Shown here: piece after piece, positions 1 through 11,066 of the stretch | How positions within the stretch are numbered: position 1 is the stretch's first letter | Layout: the number at the start of each line of letters is the position of its first letter | The notes under the pieces: generated by a model | What the model was told of the DNA's origin: nothing | Seen by the model: only the letters and a program-made list of their open reading frames with translations | Databases searched by the model: none | Assembly: GCA_023213395.1 (NCBI GenBank) | Contig: CM041465.1 | Coordinates: 137,709,741 to 137,773,740, forward strand | From: Cycas panzhihuaensis | Lineage: Eukaryota; Plantae; Cycadophyta | DNA: 64,000 bases | Direction of reading: 5' to 3' | Program-made: the position numbers and the translations under genes

Positions 1-549
1 TTTGGGTAAGGATACACGTAAAATTGCAGGAGCTATTGCAATGCATGATATGAAGCGATTTATAATATATGGATAGCATAATAGAGCAAGGCAAATTTTT
101 GAATGATATATGCACACCATAGTGACAAAAATGACTACGTGGTAAGAGGCAGCAGCCTTGGCTGGAAGAGATGATGATAGCAGTGAATCTGCTGAGCAGT
201 CAAGAGAAATTAAATAAGGCGATGAAAAAATCAAGGATGCAAAGAATGAAGAGATGTAGGCAGAACAAGATGACCTCTGATAATGGAAGGAAAAGATGAA
301 CGGATGACGATGAAGGAAGACTATGCAATAATAGAGAACAACAGCAAAAATAGCGAGAGCGATGAATCACGGGAAATGATTTTGACAACGATGGAATATA
401 GACGCATAAACCTGTAATATCCAAAAACGATGCTGACACATATGTGTGTTGGAAAACATGTCGCAAATATGTATATATGAATTACGTGAGGGCGAACTTC
501 GTAATACATACGTACGCTCGTATGGACCTGAAACGCTCTCCGCGGGGCG

Positions 550-1308
550 GTGATCCAACGTCTAGCGGAAAGGGCATAAAAGACGATATGCTACTTAAGC
601 TAGATAGCGAGGATCATACCTCGCAGGGCATCCGTGCACCGGAGCGCGGGTACGGGACTACAAGGTGCCTGGTTGCTTCCAGGTAGCCATGCAAAGACGA
701 GGCCTTCCTACCCTTCGGATGGCCGGGAAGGAAAGGGAAACCTCGCGCGCCGCGGCTTCTCAAGGCAATGAGAAGGCGACGAGGGGGCAACCAACCTAAT
801 GTGCAACGGGTGCGAAGTAAAGTATGGCTAAGGGGTATAACATGAACGGGTCCTCTATTCCTATGTTGTGTAAAGTAAAAGAACAGTGCAAGAAAGTAAT
901 TGTAAAATGAAAGATTATCTTCCTTTTCCTTATGTTTTCTTTCCTTTGTCTATCTATCACGGTAAATGTAAAGAGACAAAAGAGCGTAAAGAAAGCACGA
1001 AAGAAATGCGAAGAATACCTGGATCCGGCGTTCGAGTAGAAGCACTGATTCCCCTTCTAGGTTGCGCTCCTTTCCTCCTTCCTTCGCGCATGCAACGTCG
1101 ATCGATGGTAATGAAGGGGGTTTACTTACCTCCCCTTGAGCATGCAAGAACTAGATAAAACGAAAGGACGGAGCGAACTCAAAGCGAAGGGGAGAAATCC
1201 GTGCGAGAAGGCCGACCGACGGGTTGATCTCGCGCACCACTTCCTCCAGCGATCCTGCGAACAAGCGGAGAGCACCTTCCTCTCGGAGAGAGGCTACCAA
1301 ATCTGACA

Positions 1309-1348
<40 letters not shown>

Positions 1349-2698
1349 AAACGAAATCAACTAAGATAAATAATTTAAGCTGTGCACGAGCGTAACAAAA
1401 ATGAAACAAAAGGCGCATGGTAAGCATATACAACATCATGCGCCATAAAACATACTACATGGGACTGAGTATAGCCTCGGGATGGCTAACTCACCCACGG
1501 GAGGTCTCCACGGGGTTTGGGAAGGCAATGCTAGCGGGTAACAAGGCGGAGAAGAGTAGTGTTGGGTTACCTACACCAAGTGGAAAGCTCAAAGCAACTC
1601 TCTTAGGCTTCCCTAACCCCGTTTCCTAAGAAAGCGCAGGTGGTAAAGGGAGAGAGGACAAGGGATGGAACCCTTGGGGAGAAGGACGGCAATGGGGGAC
1701 GGAACCCCGCCTATCTCCCTCAAATCCTCATGTGAAACCCTTTATATCGGCTAACTCAGAAAATGGTGAAAGAGATAGCTTAGAGGGAAAGGATAAATCT
1801 CAAGGAAATGCAAGAAAATATACCCAATCTAGGGTAGCACTATAGGAAAGCTACAACTAGCTAAGATTACTTTCATTGAATGACAAAGGGAATATCAAAG
1901 AAAGTGCATGCAAAAGGGGGAAAAGAGCTTGCAAGTAGAACAATAAAAAGCAAGGAAAAAAGCACCAACAAGAGACAAGAAATACCTTGGATGAGAAGGA
2001 GCATGCATGCATGCACTTGGCCACTTGGAGCAACAGCAATAAATAATGTCTAAGGGCTAGTTTTAAGTGTCCTTTGCAAGAGAGTAGAAGGAAGAAGCTC
2101 CATGCAATTTGGGAGCTGAAAATTGATCCTTTGAGAAGCCTTTTTTGGTGAAGAAATCCTTTGGATCCTTGAGTATTTGCAAGGGAGAGTGAAGCTCATT
2201 TGTGGAGAAACGATGAGGGGGCTGCAATGGCCCTGCACTCCAGCTGATGGAAGCCTCCTCCACCTCTATCCAACTGCTGTACAAGAAGTCCTCTGATTTC
2301 TGTGTCTTTTGTGGAGAGTTTTCTCTTGGAAGTCTTGGAAAAATGAGCTCAAGAATGATGCAAAATGAAAGGAAAAAAACCTTTTATCTCTTGTTCACAG
2401 TAAGTGAACGTTGGGGCGTTAGGCGCCTCGATCGTCTGAACCCACGGCAGTTTCGTGAAAAAACGCGGAAACTGTCGCGTGGTTCTCTTTTTTTAAATCT
2501 GCGGTACCGCTTAGTTTCTGCATGTATCAACGAAATTTAAAAGAGAAAAATAAGCAGCAAAATCAGGTTTTTGGGCAAGACCGAAGGCTAAACATAAATC
2601 AAATCTGTTAGGGGAAGGCCCAGGCAGTGGGCAAATACCCAAAACAAAGCAAAGAGCCCTAACTAAGGGTTAAACCGGACTCAGGAAGGACTACAACA
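550..2698 (-). mobile_element. Long LTR-like segment of a Tat/Ogre-like Ty3/gypsy family, related to the LTR at 15325-16302
   Basis: Collinear similarity blocks with 15360-16300: atagcgaggat; cgcagggc..ccgtg...ggagc.cg.gt.cggga; cc.accctt.ggatgg.cgg.agg; aaagat..ttccttttcc.tatgttt. No coding capacity. Possible LTR start TGTAGTCC on - at about 2695. Boundaries approximate; no TSD found. Confidence 0.55.
1311..1346. repeat. (AT)18 microsatellite
   Basis: Perfect AT run read directly. Confidence 0.95.
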
Positions 2699-3198
2699 TA
2701 AGCGACATCTTTGTAACAAGAACAAACCGGTGGCGAAATAATCCGGGAACTATGGAACCAGTGGGTGGTTGTCGCCATATCTGGGTGTCGCATTATTGAG
2801 GAATGCCCTACGTGAGTCGTCATAGGCTGAAGGTGTGCCGTTAGGCACATGCATTATGAGCAAGCAGACAAGCAATGTATGCAGGCAAGTGCATGTCAAG
2901 CAATCTACTCTAAACAACCTCAATCAAGCCAAGGTGAGGAGGGTAAGAGAGTATACCTGGACAAACCTATGTCGATGCGTCTCGAGTCCATTCCCAATAG
3001 CTGGGAAACAGGACCCAACAAACTAAATCACTATGTAGCCATGATGGGTGCACGTTGGATGTTGCATTGGTACGTAATAATGTGTAGTGTGGAGGAGACA
3101 GGATACAACATAGACCTCCAATGATGACAGGAACGAGGAGATAAATGAAACAGGATGGAAGATTATTGCATATATATGATGGCAAAGCCGAGAAGAGT

Positions 3199-3460
3199 GC
3201 TTTGATACCACTTGTTACGGATCGTTTAGTAAGCTGAGCCTAATTTAAAAGATTCCAAAGAACACAATGCGCTTGAAAGTAAATTTGCAGTCAAAAGACC
3301 AATTGGTATTTATTGATAAAAATAAGCGATGATCTTCAATACACTGGAGGCCTCATTTATAAGTGCATGATAGGCCTTTTCAATTATAAGTTACAACTCT
3401 TGGAGATGCCCTTTCACTTTAATTAACAATTACTTAATCCCTTTAAGGAGGTCTGTAACA
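3199..3460 (-). mobile_element. Short LTR (3213-3460, 248 bp) with adjacent tRNA-Met primer-binding site
   Basis: Termini TGTTAC...GTAACA (6-bp inverted repeat). On - the LTR end ...AACA is followed after 2 nt by TGGTATCAAAGC (3199-3210). Confidence 0.7.
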
Positions 3461-3462
3461 TG

Positions 3463-5761
3463 TTGCTTTTGAAGAGTTAAGGAGTACTTATGACTTTATT
3501 TCTTCAAAATTAGTAAGAAAATTAAACTTAGTACCTATGCAAAAGAACCTACTTGGGTTGAATCAGTTGACGATGAAACACTTAGGTAAACTAACTTTAA
3601 GGGCAAATGGTGAGATGAACTTTTCTCCCTTTCTATTCCCTTATGTCTAACATCTATCATTAGTAATAACAACCATTCTAAATAATAGGATTCAAAGGAA
3701 AGAACGCATTGGCATGGTCAACTACAAATTGTTGCGATGATTGAAATACTAGCAATTATGACTATAATAATACAAATTGCTATAACTACTTCAAGACATA
3801 CTAATTAGTAAATATGGATAATAGACTCGACCTTGCATCAATTATAGAAAAGAACTGGGTCTTAGAAAAAAGCTTAGAAAAGATGATAAGTAGTAGAATT
3901 AAAACTTAAGTTAGAAAATAAGGGAAGGGAATACTTGATGAATAACGATATGTTAAATGAAGAGCAATATCAAGACAAGCATGGATTTGTGAAATCAAGT
4001 ATAGGAGGATCCACATCAAATAGTAAGAAAAGTGAAAGCACAACAATAATAAGGAACGATAAAAATGGGGCAAGGGGCAAAAACAAAGGGGAGCGTTAAG
4101 GAGGAACATAAACCACAAAGTAAAAGAATGTAAGTAGATGGAGAAACAAGGCATAGAAAGCATACAAAGAAAGGTGAATCAAATAGAAGCTTTGAAAGCT
4201 TAGGGACTGCCTCTAGCTTGAAGGACACTTACAGTTCTAATAGCCTCAATGAGTCTAATATGTAATCTTAATCGAGTCTAGAAAGATGACATCACTTGTT
4301 ACGAACTAATAGTTGCACATTTTTAGGTGAACTAACATGTTTATTGGGTAATGGCAACCTTTTACATCATATTTAAGATGTAGAAGATCAAAGTAGGTTA
4401 TTGTGGTGTCTTATTTTGGAGCATTTGTTATTTGTTGGCTAGCATAGGCAGTAGTGATTCTAAGAGGAGCCCTTGCCTTGAAGAGGATTAGCATTCATCT
4501 TATTTAACTCATTTTCTATATTATTTTTTTATAATTAGCATATTTTTATTAATTGGTGTTATTTATTAGTCGATATATGTTATTAAACCCATTAGATTCA
4601 TAATATTACCATAAAAGCAAAAGAAGAGAACAAAAGGAAATAAACCAGTATAGTAGAAAATTGAAACTTCTAAACTATGAAGGAAAAAAAGGCATGGGAG
4701 AAGAGATAAAAAATTGGATACATAAGCTAAGAAGATACTTTAACACTAGGTAGTTATATCAAGACCTCAATAACCACATATTAATTAATAAGACTTCCCC
4801 TCACTTAGTGGCATGACAAACTCCATAGTTACAAAACAAAACCAAAGTTTATCCCTTAGAATAAATAAAAAAAGATTTTTTGTAATAAATTTATCTTTGA
4901 AAATTTCTTATAAGATAGTCTAAATGTTTTTTGCAATTTAAAGCATAGAAGCCTTAACATAAGTGAGCATAAAGAAAAATTTGAAATCCTTAATAGATTT
5001 ATACCTATTATCTAAGGAAAGGATCAACTTATAAGATTCATTAATGGATTGAATTGAGAATGTTGCACTTATATATGGGTTGATAAGCCTAATTTAATGA
5101 ACGAGGCTACCACATTTATAGAGAGATATGAAGAGCAAAGGAGTGGAGAAAAAAGGAGGAGGGAATGGTTACATGAAAGGGAAGGTGCTTGCATGGGCAG
5201 TACACTTAAGACACAAAAGAAAGAGATATAAAGTAAGTAGAAGGGACGGTCACAAAGACTGGGATAGCAACTAGGATTATGGAAGCATTGAGACTTCTAC
5301 TAGAGGCCATAATAGCTCTTAAGAGGAATAGTCTGGCTGAGATTTATATGGGAAACCTCTTAGGTAGCTAAGTAATTAAAATCAAGTCCAAAATTAATGA
5401 AACAAATTTAAAACTATAAATTATTGGGAATGCAAAGAAGCACACTCAAGATAGAATTGTTTCTAATTTAGGACATAAAGTCATCCCAAAAGTGCTATAG
5501 CTTCGATTGTAACATCCTTAATACCCTCACAACAATAGATGCACATACATGTTATAATTCAATTAAGGAAAATATATATGTAATTATCTTTTATGCAAGT
5601 AAATGACAAAATAAATGAATAATATTTCATTGCTTTTGAAGAGTTAAGGAGTACTTATAACTTTATTTCTTCAAAATTAGTAAGAAAATTAAACTTAAGA
5701 CCTATGAAAAAGAACCTACTTGGGTTGAATCAGTTGACGATGAAACACTTAGGTAAACTAA
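3463..5761 (+). repeat. About 130-bp near-identical direct repeat pair (3463-3593 and 5630-5761)
   Basis: ttgcttttgaagagttaaggagtactta...gatgaaacacttaggtaaactaa occurs twice with few mismatches. Confidence 0.9.
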
Positions 5762-6949
5762 TGTTATTTTAGAAAATTTAATGTTTGAGATAAATAAATA
5801 CCAAATATATAGAGATTTTCAATTGCTAGATTTGGGAAAGTATGAAGCCATAATAGGCATGGTTTGCTTAGAATCCATTAGTGCGTATATAGGTTGCCAT
5901 AATAAGCAAGTCATTATGACCAAACATCCTAACAGAGTTACTATTATTTAAGTGAGGAGAGATCCACATAGTTATAGACACTTCTACAACATAAGTTAAA
6001 AGGTGTGTTTGAAAGGGATGTAAACTTTTCTTTGATTTAATATAAGTAGTTTTTCTTTCTCTTTATAGAGAAGAAAACAATTATGTTCTTTCCTTTTCTT
6101 TCTAGAATGTTAATAATTAATTAAATTATTTTCTTTTTATTTTTGTTTAAGAATTACTAATTAAACTATTATGGGGTTCTTATTATTTTAGGGGTATGAT
6201 TGGGCACTAGTGACAACTTTTCTACCTATTGATGTTAATAGTGTTAATAGATCATGCCACCTCAACTAAAGAAATTGCCAATTAGACATGGCATATCTCG
6301 AAAAGGTGTGAGCTATCATTAGTTTAACCTCTCTTTTACATCCCCAAACCTTGTCCCAACCTCCAACACAAACACACATACTAGATAATGTATTAAGATA
6401 ATTAAAACATAATATACATATATTTACTAGATGATACTTGCACATACAACACACACATTCATATTATAAATGTGTATATTGTTTATTACAATGAATACAA
6501 ACTATTAGATACATATATTCTAATAATTAGCATAAGTTTCTACACGTGTGATGATATGAATATGATTTGAAAAAAATAGTGCATTAGAAAATGATTTACT
6601 TAACAACAACAAACATATAGATAATCTCCATGGCCTTACTAGAAGCTTGAAGTGGAGAAAAACCTTGAACCGTTAAATAACATGATGGCAACTTAGCATA
6701 AATTATATGGGTCATCTCCTTTTGAGAAAAAAATAAGAAAACAATGTAGTTGCTTAAGAGAGAGAGACAATAATACACTTAATAATATTCAACAAATTGC
6801 AAATGTGCTTATCAAAGGACAAGTATGCAAAACACCTTATCGATTTGAAAATTCTTTTCAATCACCTTTTTAACAAGTATGCAAAATACCTTATAGATTT
6901 GAAAATTCTATCCAATAACCTTTTCATATATTAGCCCTATTCTTTCAAA

Positions 6950-8588
6950 TTATTTAAGTCCCCTCCCATGGTTTGTCAAGTTTCGAACACCCACCCAGTT
7001 GACCAAATCAATGACCAATCCATCCATAACCTTTAAATATCTCCTCCTCCATCCCATGTTTGCAAGCGACTATATACACTCCCAAAACCACAGCCACAAG
7101 ACTTATATACCAATACCATGTATTCTCGGTGTTTTCTTCGTCATCCTCGTCGGCCACGGAGAATTTGGAGCCATACGATGATGCTTGAATTCCACATTTT
7201 TTTCGAGGAAACCCACATAGATTATTGTTCCCAATATAGGAAGAAGCATTGAATGTTGGCCGACCTCCACTTGGTATTCTTCCAGAAAGTTCGTTGCTTG
7301 AGACGAGGAAGCAAGACAAAAAGTTCAGTTGTAACATTTGGGATGGAATTGTTCCCCATAATTTGTTATGAGAAAGATCCAATGATTCCAACTGCTCCAT
7401 CTTACCAATAGATATTGGAATTTGTCCAGCGAGATGATTTCTAGACAAGTTGAGAGCATGCAAACCTCTCAAGCTTCCAATCTGAGAAGGGATTTGACCC
7501 GTTAGTTGATTTTCAAAGAGATCAATGCACGTCATTAGCAACAAAATAGAATTTTCATATGACAGCATGTGTTGCTTGTTAATCACAAGGATCGTTTCTT
7601 TGTAGTAGAAGTCAATATTGGTGTCTTCCCACGTATGGCTCTGATTTTGTCCGTCTGTCATGGCATGCAATTTTCCAAGAGTTGAAGGGATAGTGCCCGA
7701 TAGACGGTTATGAGAGAGGTCTATGATTTGTAGGTGCTCAAGAGAACATATTTTGGGCAGAATATTACCTTCAAACTGATTCCAGCTTAGCACAAGAACC
7801 CGCAGCTCAGAAAGTAGTGCCAACCAAGTAGGTATGGTTTTAGACAGCTAGTTATGCCCAACATCTAAAATCTGCAACTTCTTGCAGTTTCTAAGGGACG
7901 AAGGCAAAGTTCCTTTAAGTCCATTCTTGTCGAGATGCAGCGTATGGAGATTACTTAACTTTCCAACATTTGAGGGGATTCGCCCTTCCAAGCTATTGTT
8001 TGCCAAGCTTAATATTGTCAAAGATGAGCAATTGAATATGCTCCTCGGTATTTCCCCTGACAAACTATTGCTTGAAAGATCCAAAACATTCAAACTTTGC
8101 AGATCGCCGATTGAAACGGGAATGCCACCCACCAAACTGTTCGATGAAACCCACAAAAAGCCTATGTAAGGAAGGATTTTGCCAATTTCGGGGGGAATAT
8201 GACCACTGAAATGGTTTTGGGACAGATCAAGAAATAACAATGTATTGCCTGGCGGAGAATTAAGGATGGGAAGAGAGCCAGTTAGCTGATTATCATGCAA
8301 GTCCAATATGTAGTAGTTATTCAAGTTGAAGTTCGGAGGAAGAGGGCCTTCCAAGGTATTATGTGAGAGGTTAAGTGATTGGAGAGGAGGAAGTTCTGCC
8401 AGCCAGGTCGATATGTTTCCCGAGAGGTGGTTGTTGGCGAGGACGAGAGTGTCAATATTATATTGAGCTAAGAGGAACACTGGAATGCCACCCTCAACAT
8501 TACAAGATCCCAACCCCAACCCTTCAAACTGAGCGAGTGGTACCCATGCCGGATTTATGTAGACGGTGAAGCGATTGTCAGACAGGTA
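6950..8588 (-). pseudogene. LRR receptor-like protein (RLP), C-terminal half: LRRs, island domain, C-cap, acidic juxtamembrane region, TM
   Basis: Plant extracellular LRR consensus (LxxLxLSxNxLSGxIP) from YLSDNRFTVYINPAWVP at about 8588 onward; SYIGNNNLCG cap; DEDDEEN acidic stretch. In-frame TAG at 7848-7850 (GHN*LSKTIPTW). The RLP tail motif WRRRYLKVMD is in a different frame from the TM and ends at TAA 6950-6952, implying a frameshift. Truncated at its 5' end by retroelement sequence. Confidence 0.93.
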
Positions 8589-8591
8589 GGC

Positions 8592-10448
8592 ATGGCCATG
8601 TTGAGCTTCATCGAGATGATGAGCAGGGAGGACAAGGGAGTCCTATGGATATGCGGGTTGTTGAAGGTGGTGAGGACACCTCAGTACATGTCGGACCAGA
8701 GGCTGCTGATAGACATCGTGTCACACTGGGATCGGAGGAGGCATGTTTTCCACCTACCCCAGGTGGGAGACGTAATAGTGACACCTGGGGACATTAGACG
8801 GATACTAGGAGTACCAGCGACTGGGAGGCCGGTAGCACTAGGAGCGCTGTCTAGCAATGAGGTAGTACACAGGGAGGCAGCGACATTCTTTACAGGATCA
8901 AACAGATGGGAGAGGCGAGGGGTTCCTCTCCAGGCTATGGTCATGTCAGGGATTCCTCGACTGAGGAAATTGATTACTTTATGCATTCTGTTTTGGGTTT
9001 CCCATAAACAAAACTATAGGGACATCCCAGGAGGGTGGATGGATGTAGTGCGCCGATGCAAGGCCGGCAAGAGGATGGACTGGTCCACTCTGATAGTGGC
9101 GAACCTCGTCGCACAGCTAGACACCATCAGAGTAGCAGGCCAGGGAGGACTGTCATATAGCACATTATTACAGTGTTGGTTTTTTGATCACTTTGGGGCA
9201 GTGGCACCAGTAGGGGGACCACACCCTATTGCAGAGTGGGCCCCGATGGTCCACAGATGGCAGACTAGAGGACGAGGCTCATGTCCGACGCTCAGTGGAG
9301 GCCACATTGCTAGACCTCCTCACCATGATGGACTATATAGCAAATCCATACAGGGCAGTGAGGTGGGACAACGATGATGAGGCAGGAGGAGCAGGGGTGG
9401 AGATCAGGGCATAGATGGAGGTGATGGGGCTGGCCCATCACGACCTGCAGGAGAGGTAGGTCCGTTAGGGACATCAGGTGGAGGAGCAGGGCTATCTGGG
9501 ACTGCCGGCACAAAGGCAGGCCCATCAGGGGTTGCAGAGGTGAGCAGGGGGCCAGTGACACTGGCCCGCAGGCTACGGATCGTGAGGAGATCCGAAGAGG
9601 TGACAGTAGAGCCAGTTGCAGAGAGGAGACAGGCCATAGCGGAGGAGGTACCAGAGGAGGAGTTACTAGCAGCTGGCAGAGTGCTAGAGGGGGAGACAGA
9701 CACCTGAGTCAAGGCGCCGGCCACCGCACCAAGTGAGACATAGCCTTTTCCTGTCGTCGTTTGATTGCCAGATAGATAGTTTGATTTCAGTTTGATATCC
9801 ATATAGACATGGACTGACATGTGGTATACTGGGTTGCAGGTATGGTAGACATGCAGAGGTTAGTGGAGGCGGTAGTCCGAGAGGTATTCCCTCGGGCCTA
9901 CGCGGAGGGACAGCCTCCCATCCAGGCAGGGGATGAGCCCAGAGTGGTAGGCGGTCACATGGCAGCTTTTGTCCCATTGATACGGGCGAGAGATATATGG
10001 GTGGCAGAGTCTCAGGAGCACGAGGCACATGTGAGGCAGTAGCAGGCTGAGATGGACACCATCCGAGCTGAGAGGGACTCCCTACAGGCACGAGTGCAGA
10101 CACTGGAGGCTCAAGGAGGAGCCGAAGGGGATATGGGGAGCCATATCCTGGTGATAGTGGTAGAGGAGAGACTCTGGGGGATGGAGGGGAGGCCCCGCAT
10201 CATAGAGATGGAGCAGGATCGTGTCCAGGTGCGATACGATCGATTGGTCGAGGACATGGCGTCGAGGTCGGCATGGAGCAAGACATAGACCCATACATTA
10301 GTGATGACCCTGAGGAGGCCATGAGACGAAGGGAGCGAGGTAGGGAGCTCACGGAGACCCAGGAGGAGTCTCGGAGAGATGTAGTCCCCAGGAGAGGGAT
10401 CACACCGACCAGGAGATGATGCCCCGGGAGCAGGCATGATGAGAGTAG
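8592..10448 (+). pseudogene. Retrotransposon-borne antisense gene: Plant Mobile Domain (aminotransferase-like PMD) plus Gly/Ala-rich linker plus coiled-coil; degenerate
   Basis: ORF 8592-9377 contains LLIDIVSHWDRRRHVFHLPQVGDVIVTPGDIRRILGVPATGRPV, DWSTLIVANL and LLQCWFFDHF, matching PMD motifs. It continues through frameshifts and stops into a low-complexity linker. A putative intron 9733-9839 (GTGAGA...CTGAC...TTGCAG) joins it in frame to MVDMQRLVEAVV and the heptad-like segment MDTIRAERDSLQARVQTLEAQ. Confidence 0.82.
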
Positions 10449-11066
10449 TATGCATGTACTTGATTTTTGACAAGGGAAAGCACAGGCCTTCAGGGGAACC
10501 ATATATAGAGTCATATGATTGTACCCCCCCTGTAAGGACACCGGCTTCCCATATGTATGATATGACACATGATTTTGATGTATATATAGATGGGGTGATT
10601 GGTACCCCATTTTGATATGTGATGACGTGTATATTTTGTTTGATAGTTGATATGTATGGTTTGTATTTTGTTATGATTATTTGTTCAAGTTATACATATT
10701 TCTTTTCATGCAAGGGCGTATACCTAACGGGAGCACACACGACCACTAGTAGAGATGATAGGCATATGTGGGGTTAGGAACAGGCGACACAGATGTCTAC
10801 ATGGGAGGATAGCAGGATATACAAAGGAAATACTAAGCGAGAGGGGGGAGTAACGATACTCCAGAGCGTCGTCCTAACTGGGGGATGCCCAAATAGGAGG
10901 ACAAGGCCCCAAGGAAGAATGGGAACAAGGGTTCCATGGGAGGAACCAGAAGAAAACAAAAGAGACCATCCCAAACCACCCTTCCACCCGTGGCTGGGAG
11001 GAAAGGGAACAAACTTAAGATGGTAGTTTAGGCTCATTTCAAAGCGTGGACGAGGTGACGGTAAGG

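Noticed and set aside
1430-1455. Possible PBS (TGGCGC on -)
   Set aside because: It is not preceded by an LTR CA end and shows no extended tRNA-like match.
4700-5100. Possible gypsy RT remnant on -
   Set aside because: Only one weak motif (EFVMP); too decayed to support.
7882-8569. Plus-strand ORFs over the LRR region
   Set aside because: Antisense shadows of the LRR codons.
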